Below the pieces are notes generated by a model that worked only from the letters and a program-made list of their open reading frames with translations, had not been told where the DNA came from and did not search any database. A stretch of 58,065 bases of DNA from a virus (lineage: Duplodnaviria; Caudoviricetes), in IMG/VR virus record IMGVR_UViG_3300027911_000015, positions 1-58,065 of that record; one strand, 5' to 3'. The translations under genes were made by a program, and so were the position numbers. This document shows positions 30,288 to 38,441 of this stretch, piece after piece. Within the stretch, counting starts at the first letter, position 1; every line of letters begins with the position of its first letter.

Positions 30288-30987
30288 TTTCCCTCACCTT
30301 CGTTTTTACAATTTCCTTGAACTTCATTTTATCATAGTTCACGAAAGGAGTATACTTCCTGATCCTTCTATACCAATCAGGAAAGATAATGTCATCATCT
30401 ACCTTCCGTTTCCACATGGGGAGGAAATCCATGAGGTCGTTCAGTATCACTACGGTTTCAATACTGATTCTACCACCCATCAATTCAGACAGCAATACAG
30501 GAAAGGTTCCATACGGAACTTTCAGCCAATCTACAGGTCTCCATTGCGTCAACATATAGTCCAAATCGTTGGAGAATCCATAGGTCAGCGATTGGACTCT
30601 CTTTTGCCATGCATTGTAATTAGACGCAGCATCGTCATTGAGTAGGTCACCTACCCATAGCTTATCGTTGATGATGAAATTGGAAACGAAGAAATTCTTG
30701 GCATCTTCCGCAGTGGTATACTTGCGAGAGAGTTTGTAGAAGAAATATTTGTGGCGGGAGTTCAGGAAAGAATCTTGCTTGTTCTTGGTCTTTCCGTTGT
30801 ACTTGAAGAAATCGTAGGAGTCGGTGGAGAAATGGAGTTTCAGTGCATTGAATAGACAGTAGGTCTCCCATCCACCGAATTCCTTGGGAGCCGTACTGAC
30901 GAAATCACTCTCCTTGCACTTGCAATTGAAAGTTAGTCCGCAGTAGTCACATTCCTGGTCAAACTCATCATCAGAAAGAATGCTCAT
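30277..30987 (-). CDS. gp59: Helicase loader (T4 gp59-like)
   Basis: ALKLHF...YDFFKYNGK, FFYKLSRK, FFVSNF, ISIETVVIL, KYTPF. Confidence 0.92.
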   Translation of the reverse strand: MSILSDDEFDQECDYCGLTFNCKCKESDFVSTAPKEFGGWETYCLFNALKLHFSTDSYDFFKYNGKTKNKQDSFLNSRHKYFFYKLSRKYTTAEDAKNFFVSNFIINDKLWVGDLLNDDAASNYNAWQKRVQSLTYGFSNDLDYMLTQWRPVDWLKVPYGTFPVLLSELMGGRISIETVVILNDLMDFLPMWKRKVDDDIIFPDWYRRIRKYTPFVNYDKMKFKEIVKTKVRENDR

Positions 30988-31595
30988 ACTTTATTTTTAC
31001 AATTATCGAAATGCCACCTAAACATGCCTGATCCTTTACCTGTAAATCCACAAATAGGACACGTATGAATTCTGTTTCCTATTATTTTACCTCCAATTTT
31101 CCCACCTATTTTTCCACCTTTTATTCCTCCTTTTTTACCCATGGAGGAGTACATTTCTGTAGTTGTATTTGCGGCCTTTCTTTTTCCGTTTTGTATGCGG
31201 TGTTCTTTTGTTATGACCTTTATACCCTTTTGTCCGCCTCGAACTTTGGCTTCTTTTGGAACACATCTTGCGGCCATTGCTTGGTGTTTTTTGTCTGTGA
31301 AGAATCTACGAAAAACGACCTTTGCTTCTTCTGAGGACATACCACACGAACTTTTTGTATTATTCATACATTGGGGTTGTCCGAAAACCTCAGAAATATA
31401 TTTTTCTTCTAATATTTTCAATTCTTCTTCAGAATTAGCAAATGACAATATCTCTCTTTTTAATTCAGATTTATCCTTTATACTTTTGATCCACAATCCA
31501 GAACCTAAGTATCCATCATCCATATTATTGGTCGAATGTCTGCCTCGGTAATATTTACCATTTATATGTGTAGTTTGATATATGAAGTGTATCAT
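30984..31595 (-). mobile_element. GIY-YIG (Seg-like) homing endonuclease with GGKI repeats and C-terminal C2HC zinc finger
   Basis: FIYQTT..NGKYYRGRHST..DDGYLGSG; GGKIGGKIGGK; CPICG..MFRWHFDNCK; low GC. Confidence 0.8.
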
Positions 31596-31819
31596 TCTTT
31601 GAAATGTAGACTACTGGTTTTCTTGAGTAGGTTGTTTTCTTCCGCTTCTTCGCGAATCTTAGCCTTCAAGGTAGGCGATAGCAGAGTCGCAGCGACTTCC
31701 ACTTCCAATCCCGTGACAGAACAGTGGTGCAGGATGGCATCCATCAGACCACACTTGAGTTCCCTCGATAGGTTCTCTATCATGAAACTGAAGGTCTTAA
31801 TTTCGTCGCGGGTTGGCAT
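31592..31819 (-). CDS. gp33: Late transcription coactivator (T4 gp33-like)
   Basis: FS..IE..MDAILHHC....EVE.AA.L.S..LK.KI..EA..N.L; T4 order 33-59-32. Confidence 0.88.
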   Translation of the reverse strand: MPTRDEIKTFSFMIENLSRELKCGLMDAILHHCSVTGLEVEVAATLLSPTLKAKIREEAEENNLLKKTSSLHFKE

Positions 31820-31827
31820 ATTACCTC

Positions 31828-32439
31828 TTATAGAATCGTGCTGGTGTAGAAAACGTGTCTACCAATGACCACGAACTGTTTCACGTTGGTCCATTGAGGA
31901 TTTACGTAGGAAGCATGGTAGAACAGAACATTGTATTTCGCTAGTGTAACGTGTGCCACGCCCTTTGTCAAGACATTCTTGGCAATCCACTTCGATTCTT
32001 CCCAATTGTAATAGTTCATCGAGCCAGGTTCGTGATGTTCACCGACCCAGGAGAACTGGTATACCTTGTTTCCTTCCAAGTCTGTTGTGGATTGGTATAC
32101 CACGGCACATATTGTTCCTGGGTATCCCTTCGTGTGCGTCCGATTCATGGTAACCTGAGCTACTGCCAGTTTACCTTCCATCGGTTCATTGCCTGCCTCA
32201 TAGTAGATATTGAGTGCCAGACATTCGATCTGTTTGCGTTCTTCGGCCTTTCTGTCACCGTATTCCTCTACAACCTTCGTGACCAGCTTATCTCTTTCTT
32301 GTGCTTCATGGTGTTGCGCGTGGCTTGTCATCGCCTTTTCGTATTGGTTCTGTGCAAAAAAGGTTGCGCCAGTCAAAAAGACCATGAGTCCTACGGTCAA
32401 AAGGAATGAATTGAGATACTGTTTAATTCGATTAAACAT
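31828..32439 (-). CDS. SleB/CwlJ-family cell wall hydrolase with N-terminal anchor
   Basis: CLALNIYYEAGNEP.EGK.AVAQV..NR, ICAVVYQ, QFSW, FYHA.YV.P.W, IGRHVFY. Confidence 0.9.
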   Translation of the reverse strand: MFNRIKQYLNSFLLTVGLMVFLTGATFFAQNQYEKAMTSHAQHHEAQERDKLVTKVVEEYGDRKAEERKQIECLALNIYYEAGNEPMEGKLAVAQVTMNRTHTKGYPGTICAVVYQSTTDLEGNKVYQFSWVGEHHEPGSMNYYNWEESKWIAKNVLTKGVAHVTLAKYNVLFYHASYVNPQWTNVKQFVVIGRHVFYTSTIL

Positions 32440-32510
32440 GATACTCCCTTGGTTGGTTTTTATTATTCGAACTTTGTTGAATTACTTGATACCATGATGG
32501 TAGTTGAAAC

Positions 32511-32850
32511 GCCAGTTTATGAGGAGCGTGGAAAACTGGCAAAACCCCGGAGTAATTTAGGCTGCGAGAGCCATTTCCTCAAAGAAAACGCTTTCGTTTG
32601 CGTTTAACGTTTTTGCGCTGTTTAACGTGAGTGCTTCACGATTCTCCGTATCGTTACTCGTCGCCCAATCGAAGCCTGGTCGTCCCCATTAGGAAGCATT
32701 TTAGTTTCAGATGCACAGTGGCGGGTCTGACTCCGGACACTTTCGCTTGCCTTTCGGCCCTAAAATGCTTTCTGGTGGAGACGGCGGGAATCGAACCCGC
32801 GTCTTGGACACCTTTCTCTCAACTTCCTTCCCCTAACGGGGTCTTTCGAA
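32511..32850 (-). ncRNA. ssrA: Circularly permuted (two-piece) tmRNA gene; outer ends approximate
   Basis: Acceptor piece ends GCGGG-TTCGATT-CCCGC-CGTCTCC-ACCA at 32773; 85-nt intervening segment; coding piece begins GGGGACG at 32687 (G3.U70 pair); tag frame 32601-32557 = ANESVFFEEMALAA*. Confidence 0.93.
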
Positions 32851-32857
32851 TACTGAA

Positions 32858-32957
32858 TCTCCGCGAGGAATTGAACCTCACGTAACCCTTCTTCCTGGCC
32901 TGCCTTCACCTTTGCGTCGGTGTTGGCTATCGGTGTTCCAGTGTAGTTACTCGGAGA
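32858..32957 (-). ncRNA. Unclassified tRNA-like structured RNA
   Basis: TCTCCG/CGGAGA closing stem stacked on T-arm TGAGG-TTCAATT-CCTCG; GTAAC/GTTAC helix enclosing nested stems; fills the intergenic gap. Confidence 0.6.
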
Positions 32958-32962
32958 AAAAC

Positions 32963-33376
32963 TTACGAGTGGATTTCACCCTTCTTGTCAATCTGCTCGA
33001 ACATCTTCTTCATCTTATCATCAGCCCATGCCATGACTTCTTGCTCATTGTTCTGAATCTCTTTGACCAACTCACCCTTCACATAAGGAGACAATTCGGT
33101 CTTTCTTGTTTCTTCGGCCAGATTCTTGACGCCTGCCACGAAACACCTCTTCGAGAGGTCTTGAATAATCTCTTCGTTCACACCACCAAGTTCGTGGAAT
33201 GTTCCCACTGTAGCCGACTGTAGGCAGCCGAGGTGATATGCAGTAACTCTATGGAAAAATACCATCTCCTGTAGAGTGACCCTGACTTCCTGAGGGGGAG
33301 AAGGTGCTTTTTCTTCCGCAGGAAACACAGAGAATGCAACGAAACCTAGTAATGCAGCAACCAATAGTTTCTTCAA
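32963..33376 (-). CDS. Secreted/periplasmic hypothetical protein; probable TTG start at 33376
   Basis: MKKLLVAALLGFVAFSVFPA signal-peptide pattern after GGGGG; the ORF-track ATG lies inside the promoter. Confidence 0.6.
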   Translation of the reverse strand: MKKLLVAALLGFVAFSVFPAEEKAPSPPQEVRVTLQEMVFFHRVTAYHLGCLQSATVGTFHELGGVNEEIIQDLSKRCFVAGVKNLAEETRKTELSPYVKGELVKEIQNNEQEVMAWADDKMKKMFEQIDKKGEIHS

Positions 33377-33403
33377 TTTACCCCCTACGCTGTCTGAATT
33401 GTT

Positions 33404-33432
33404 ACTATACATGAACCTGTAGTGGAAGTCAA
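33404..33432 (-). promoter_or_regulatory. Sigma70-type promoter TTGACT-N17-TATAGT
   Basis: Near-consensus; would drive the secreted protein, the tRNA-like element and the tmRNA. Confidence 0.7.
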
Positions 33433-33569
33433 TCCGTTTCAGGTAGTTTTTGAATCTTGCGAAGGTAATTTACCGAATATCTGTCCTTCGAATTACCTTT
33501 CCACCGATTTTGTGTACACATGGTACACTTCACGGTCCTCTTGCACTTCTTTCTCTTGAAATTTGCCAT
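33429..33569 (-). CDS. 46-aa basic Cys-containing protein (not in the ORF track)
   Basis: MANFKRKKCKRTVKCTMCTQNRWKGNSKDRYSVNYLRKIQKLPETD. Confidence 0.65.
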   Translation of the reverse strand: MANFKRKKCKRTVKCTMCTQNRWKGNSKDRYSVNYLRKIQKLPETD

Positions 33570-33576
33570 AGTTCTC

Positions 33577-33584
33577 TATTTATA
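33577..33584 (-). promoter_or_regulatory. T4-type late promoter TATAAATA
   Basis: Exact match 7 nt upstream of the ATG at 33569. Confidence 0.65.
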
Positions 33585-34239
33585 CCGAAAGGGACTCCTT
33601 GTAGATTTTGATTGATTCCAGCAGGTATTCCACATGGTCCTCTGTCTTTTCGATGAAAACCTGAGGCTTTTCACCAGTTACACCCATGAGAATCACGATT
33701 TGAGGCACCTCCACCCCCACCAACTCTTCAATCATGTATGAATATGCACAACATTGAGCGAAATAGTCAAGGACATACTCTCTTTTCTTGTGCTTGCGTG
33801 CGGTCTTGAAGTCAATGATGGACAACACACCATCATAATGAGCCACGCAGTCCACTCGTCCAGCCAACTGTAGAGCCTTCGAATACACCGCCTGTTCCTC
33901 ATACCAAATATCAGAGATTCGATTGAGGTGCGGCTTGATATCCAGAAACATTTCCTTCGCGTCTGGCATAGAGGTTCGCAAAGGCTTGTTGTTCAGATAG
34001 TCCTCGCATAAGGCGTGCATACCTGTGCCACGTCCTGATGCTGTCTTGATAATCTTGCGGGCTTCATCCTCACCCACCCTCTTTTTCCAGTCAATGATGC
34101 CTTGTTTCTTGCGAACACCAAGGACGGTGGTTACGGAAGGAACGCGAGAACCGTCCGGCAACGTATAGAAACGTTTACCGGACGGTAGGGTTTGCGATGG
34201 GATATCTTCGAGTATCAGGGGCGGACAATGATGAAACAT
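33580..34239 (-). CDS. PD-(D/E)XK exonuclease
   Basis: PSVTTVL, RGTGMH..CE.YL, AGRVDC..IIDFKT, YFAQ..AY. Confidence 0.88.
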   Translation of the reverse strand: MFHHCPPLILEDIPSQTLPSGKRFYTLPDGSRVPSVTTVLGVRKKQGIIDWKKRVGEDEARKIIKTASGRGTGMHALCEDYLNNKPLRTSMPDAKEMFLDIKPHLNRISDIWYEEQAVYSKALQLAGRVDCVAHYDGVLSIIDFKTARKHKKREYVLDYFAQCCAYSYMIEELVGVEVPQIVILMGVTGEKPQVFIEKTEDHVEYLLESIKIYKESLSV

Positions 34240-34245
34240 GATGTG

Positions 34246-34965
34246 TTAGAAACCTAACTTCTCCTTTTGCATGAGGTATTCACGAACAAATCCGGAACGG
34301 ACCACATCTTCCATACCAAAGGTGATGTGTGAGGTATTATCGATGCGGTCAAGAATCTGAACTGCTTGACCGAAACCCGATGATTCCTTTTTCGTATTCA
34401 AGTCCGTCTGTCTATAATCACCACAGAGAATGAATCGGCAATTCTCGCCAACGCGAGTCAACACCGTGTCAATTTCGTGGAATGTAGCCGATTGAAACTC
34501 ATCAAAGAACAGAATGGAATCGGTGAATGTCAGTCCTCGCAGAAAACTCGTGGTCTGAAACTGCACGATTTCCTTATGTAGCAGGAAATGCCACGCATCA
34601 CCGCGTCCAACCAGTTCATTGACAATCTGAATGTAAGGGTCTTGATAAATCTTCGACTTTTCTTCCAAAGTCCCCGGGACAAAACCTAGATCGCGGGATG
34701 GTACTGCCGACCGTATGATAACGATTCGGTTGTAATATGATTTGTCTTGCAACAGGTCATTCAGAGCAAGATACATTGCAAGGAAGGATTTGCCTGTTCC
34801 TGCACAACCTGACATGACTATGTTATTGCCTTTACTGTATTCTTGAAACGCTCTCTCCTGATTCCTTGTTAGCGGAGAGATTTTTTTGAGGGAGAAATGC
34901 TGTTTTTGTGCTTCGACCGCGGCTGTCTTCATTGCCTTGCCGCTTCCCTTTCGTGGTGATGCCAT
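34246..34965 (-). CDS. phoH: PhoH-family ATPase (start moved to MASPRK)
   Basis: GCAGTGKS, LGFVPG.LEEK, FLRGLTF, DEFQ, TRVG, GD..Q.D, DVVRSG. Confidence 0.95.
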   Translation of the reverse strand: MASPRKGSGKAMKTAAVEAQKQHFSLKKISPLTRNQERAFQEYSKGNNIVMSGCAGTGKSFLAMYLALNDLLQDKSYYNRIVIIRSAVPSRDLGFVPGTLEEKSKIYQDPYIQIVNELVGRGDAWHFLLHKEIVQFQTTSFLRGLTFTDSILFFDEFQSATFHEIDTVLTRVGENCRFILCGDYRQTDLNTKKESSGFGQAVQILDRIDNTSHITFGMEDVVRSGFVREYLMQKEKLGF

Positions 34966-35032
34966 TATTGCTCCTGTTATTATTGATGGGAAACAATTAC
35001 GAAGATGGCCTCCTTTCTCGAATACTACGTTG

Positions 35033-35314
35033 TTACCACTCTCTTGACGCCTTATGCTTATGTCCTTGGACCAGGGTGTTTCCAGGAACATTTCTCTTGA
35101 TTCTCTCGATGACACCCTTTTCGAAGGCATCATTGGCTTTGGTTACACCAGGTAAATCCATTCTCATCGGGTCACCAAGACCTGGCATTGTCTCTGTCGA
35201 ATGATACTGCTCCAGATCAGGATTGGCAACCTTGAATTGGTCAAGTTCCGACATACGCATGGTATGTTCGGTAATATCACCAGTAGTTACATTGCGAAAG
35301 GTATACGTGGGCAT
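35033..35314 (-). CDS. FmdB-like putative regulatory protein (Cys ligands absent)
   Basis: MPTYTF....TG...E..M.MSE pattern typical of T4-like phages upstream of phoH. Confidence 0.6.
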   Translation of the reverse strand: MPTYTFRNVTTGDITEHTMRMSELDQFKVANPDLEQYHSTETMPGLGDPMRMDLPGVTKANDAFEKGVIERIKRNVPGNTLVQGHKHKASREW

Positions 35315-35323
35315 TTTTGCTCC

Positions 35324-36781
35324 TTAGGTCCAAACTCGGAAATTCTCAAATGAACAGGGGTTCTTTGCATCATATTCACGATAGAACAATGAATTCTTGT
35401 CTTGATTAGGTCTCCAATCAGTCTTTTCGAAAGCAATGGGACCCAGATATGGATCAGCATACTTCAGAATGAAATCGTAAGGCATCGCCTCAGGCTCCAC
35501 ATAGCCACGATCTGGATTCTGGATTGCCCAGATGATTCCACCAAGCAATGCAGCACCAACTTGAATAGCCGTGGCGTTTTCACCAGGCACCAATTCGCGG
35601 GCTTCTTCGATACTCAACTGCGAGCCGTGCCATACTGCGAAATCATCGCCAATGAGCAATACGCCCAGTTCATCCATACCACCAACGATTTCGTCCTTGG
35701 CTATCCGAGTTTTGGATTGCAGATCAAGTTCACGGCCGCGAAGTTCATGGACAGATGCGATTGCAGCATCGCATGGCTGGTACACGTAGTATACAGAGGG
35801 ACGGAATTTGCCATCTTCTGTCTCGAAATACTGCGACATTGTGATGGATTCGCTGTGCTGTATACAAAACCCATTGTAACTTCCTCCTTGTGGAACCCAT
35901 GACTTCATGAGTACGGATAGACCTGGTTGTTTTAGATATGCGGCAGTGCCTTGTGATTCACCGTTTTCTGGCTTCTTGTTTTCGTGTGTTCCCCAGCCCA
36001 TTTCAGCAGGAGCCCGACCTTCGGCCCAGAATCCTTCGCAGGACCAGGTGTTCACGAATTCATTCTTTTCCTTTGGCTTATCAATTACCTGTGTGTCTCG
36101 TTCAGCAATATGAATCACCTTGACACCCAAATCACGCATTAGTTCCGCCCAACCTTCCTTGCTATAAGGAGGTAGGACATGATCTAGATCCTTGCGACCC
36201 TCTGCCAGTTTCAGCAAAGCCCGCTTGGTCAACTGCGTGACAAGACCAGGATTGGCTCCATTCGTTACAACCGCTGTCGCAGCATTCGGATACTCTGCGG
36301 CCATTTCACACACCACGGCGTGTGTATGGAAGAGAGTGCGGTCAGCAAGTTCGGGAATCTTTTCATCAGGCTCGGTGCCCCAACGTTCCAGTGAGGTGTT
36401 GGTATAGTGTACACCATTTTCCAGGCACCACTTGATGATGGATTGCGCTTCAATATTCAATGACACATCAATGACAAAGCCACCCTCTTCAGTATACTTC
36501 TTGAGGGTGGCTTCCAGATTACCAGGGAGAATTTCCTTACGGACATACTTGACGCCGTTATCACCGTTACGCTTGGTGAATACGTCCTTGTGGTCGTCCT
36601 TTTCAAGGACCGTGATTTGCGATGGCGAACGTGCGACGTGTTTGATTACAAGAGGAAGAATACATTGACCCACCGAACCATATCCGAGGATCAGGATCTT
36701 CTTGTCGTATTTTACAAACTTGTCTTTGTCAACGATTGCTTCGACCAATGCGGTCTTGAAGGCGCTATATGGCTTGCGCAT
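35324..36781 (-). CDS. hss: Homospermidine synthase
   Basis: ILGYGSVG, GANPGLV, IHIAERDTQ, EFVNTWS.EGF..EG..PAE.GWGTHE, H.ESIT, RPSVYYVY.PCD.A..S..E, GMDELGVL, NAT.IQV. Confidence 0.93.
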   Translation of the reverse strand: MRKPYSAFKTALVEAIVDKDKFVKYDKKILILGYGSVGQCILPLVIKHVARSPSQITVLEKDDHKDVFTKRNGDNGVKYVRKEILPGNLEATLKKYTEEGGFVIDVSLNIEAQSIIKWCLENGVHYTNTSLERWGTEPDEKIPELADRTLFHTHAVVCEMAAEYPNAATAVVTNGANPGLVTQLTKRALLKLAEGRKDLDHVLPPYSKEGWAELMRDLGVKVIHIAERDTQVIDKPKEKNEFVNTWSCEGFWAEGRAPAEMGWGTHENKKPENGESQGTAAYLKQPGLSVLMKSWVPQGGSYNGFCIQHSESITMSQYFETEDGKFRPSVYYVYQPCDAAIASVHELRGRELDLQSKTRIAKDEIVGGMDELGVLLIGDDFAVWHGSQLSIEEARELVPGENATAIQVGAALLGGIIWAIQNPDRGYVEPEAMPYDFILKYADPYLGPIAFEKTDWRPNQDKNSLFYREYDAKNPCSFENFRVWT

Positions 36782-36819
36782 GGTTACTCCGAAGGAAGGA
36801 AATTGATATATCCTTCTAT

Positions 36820-37128
36820 TTATTCGGCTTGGTCACCGAACTTCGGGATTTCCACAGATCCATCCGCCTTAGCCTTACCCTTCTTGGTCGGGAACTTCTT
36901 TTCGATAAGGGCAGCGTGACTCGCGCAACTCTCAGGAGTAGCAGGTTCCATAGCAAGTTGCAGGAATTGAGAGAAGTTATCCGTCACGCGGAGAGGAACA
37001 AGGGCGCCGTCCGTAAAGAAGATATCGCATCCTCCTTCCAACAGAGGGGCAATTTCTCTCACAGCATCAAGATTGATGATAACAACACTACCCTTGTGCT
37101 TCGAAAATACTTTGACCATGAAACTCAT
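36820..37128 (-). CDS. Hypothetical protein
   Basis: 102-aa ORF coupled to neighbours. Confidence 0.6.
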   Translation of the reverse strand: MSFMVKVFSKHKGSVVIINLDAVREIAPLLEGGCDIFFTDGALVPLRVTDNFSQFLQLAMEPATPESCASHAALIEKKFPTKKGKAKADGSVEIPKFGDQAE

Positions 37129-37337
37129 TATTTCTGCTCCTTCTTTGCTTGTTTACGGGCGGCTTTGCCGAAAAATTCATCTTCACTATATGGGATGCGG
37201 TTGGCTGCTTCTTCCGCAATTTCAGCGGCGATAAACTGCTCCCGTAAATCGGAACGATATTGACCTGAAAAATTAGCCAGCATTCTCTTGCTTGATTGAC
37301 TGAGTTTGAAGTGACTGTCCCGATTTACGCTTTTCAT
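37128..37337 (-). CDS. Hypothetical basic protein (start MKSVNR)
   Basis: ATGA overlap with upstream stop. Confidence 0.55.
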   Translation of the reverse strand: MKSVNRDSHFKLSQSSKRMLANFSGQYRSDLREQFIAAEIAEEAANRIPYSEDEFFGKAARKQAKKEQK

Positions 37338-37564
37338 TTCACGATCCCTTTCATATATGTATATACTGCTCCAACAATAACCAATACTGCCAAAATCTTC
37401 CACAGCAAACGAAATCCACAATCGCTGTAATAAACCATTTCCATCTTGGCGAGGTCACGATTCGCCAACATGCGGGCATCAGGGTCCTCACCGAGTGAAT
37501 TGACAATCTCAGAGTAGACCTTGTATCTCTGTCGTGCCTTCCAGTAGTAGTAGAGGGAAAGCAT
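37334..37564 (-). CDS. Hypothetical membrane protein (start MLSLYY)
   Basis: C-terminal hydrophobic helix. Confidence 0.55.
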   Translation of the reverse strand: MLSLYYYWKARQRYKVYSEIVNSLGEDPDARMLANRDLAKMEMVYYSDCGFRLLWKILAVLVIVGAVYTYMKGIVK

Positions 37565-37565
37565 A

Positions 37566-38105
37566 TTAGTCCCACAAAGAAGAAAAGTGCTTTCCAAATA
37601 GTTCAAATCCTTCCTGGATCTTCTGTTCCATGGCAATATGTCCTTCTTGGTCATATTTGCCATTTACGAAATATTTCGATTCCCATTCGTCATCCATCTT
37701 GGATTCGAAAGAGAAAATCATCTTGTCAAGAATTTCATCCCAGGACTTGATGGCGACTTCCATCGCTGCCTCATTGGGATTACCATATTCGTCGGTCCAC
37801 TCAGGTCCTTCAGGCACCACAGACATTGGAATGCCGTGCTTGGTCGCCTTCAGTTGTTTCAACATAGGCACAATGATAGGTGCGAGGGTGCTATCCATAG
37901 ACCACGTATCATAGACATGAATCTTCACCTTCACAGTACGATTACGCTTTTTGTGGATCCATTGGCAAAGGTCATCTACCTTCGTTTCAGAAAGCCATGA
38001 ACCGATCTTGTAGCAGCGATCCTCAGATACACCAACCTTTTGAAGGAGGCCGGCAATCTGAAATGGGCCAATCCAGTTGATGTATTTCCCGATGTATACG
38101 CGCAT
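37566..38105 (-). CDS. Conserved phage hypothetical protein
   Basis: YDTWSMDSTLA.II.PML.QLK..KHG.P, WDEILDKMIFSFE, GFELFGKHF..LWD. Confidence 0.75.
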   Translation of the reverse strand: MRVYIGKYINWIGPFQIAGLLQKVGVSEDRCYKIGSWLSETKVDDLCQWIHKKRNRTVKVKIHVYDTWSMDSTLAPIIVPMLKQLKATKHGIPMSVVPEGPEWTDEYGNPNEAAMEVAIKSWDEILDKMIFSFESKMDDEWESKYFVNGKYDQEGHIAMEQKIQEGFELFGKHFSSLWD

Positions 38106-38305
38106 TATCTCTTCTCTCTCGTCACTGATGCAATTTGTTCCACAGGCAAAGGAAGCCCGTAGTCCTCAATCTGTTTTTCCATAATGAGGATAACGCGAGT
38201 GCATTTGGACAAAACGAACGCACGATCCAGTTCACCAAGAACCTGGTTACGTTCAATGTCCTTGTTTATTTCTTCGATGAACTTCTCGATTACTATGTTA
38301 CTCAT
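38105..38305 (-). CDS. Hypothetical protein (start MSNIVI)
   Basis: GGAG upstream; coupled. Confidence 0.5.
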   Translation of the reverse strand: MSNIVIEKFIEEINKDIERNQVLGELDRAFVLSKCTRVILIMEKQIEDYGLPLPVEQIASVTREKR

Positions 38306-38441
38306 TCTTTTCTCCATGCACAGGAACATACTTTACTTTGTATAGCTTTCCTTGGAAAACAAAGGTGTCTCCATGTTTCAGAGGAAAGCGAAAGCCTACC
38401 TGCATCATGGCTTTCCTGATGGGTGAACAGTAGGCTTTCAT
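38298..38441 (-). CDS. 47-aa hypothetical protein (not in the ORF track)
   Basis: MKAYCSPIRKAMMQVGFRFPLKHGDTFVFQGKLYKVKYVPVHGEKNE; ATGA overlap. Confidence 0.5.
   Translation of the reverse strand: MKAYCSPIRKAMMQVGFRFPLKHGDTFVFQGKLYKVKYVPVHGEKNE

Noticed and set aside
32773-32803. Ordinary tRNA gene
   Set aside because: The T-arm/CCA has no upstream acceptor 5' strand, D-arm or anticodon arm; its partner lies downstream, as expected for permuted tmRNA.
32882-32950. SRP RNA or c-di-GMP-I riboswitch (GGCAGGCCAGGAAG, GACGCAAAG look-alikes)
   Set aside because: Only short partial matches; required flanking helices and consensus motifs are absent. A cmscan would settle it.
33580-34239. Cas4/CRISPR association
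   Set aside because: Common phage PD-(D/E)XK exonuclease without the Fe-S cysteine set; no repeat-spacer array or cas genes seen in the window.
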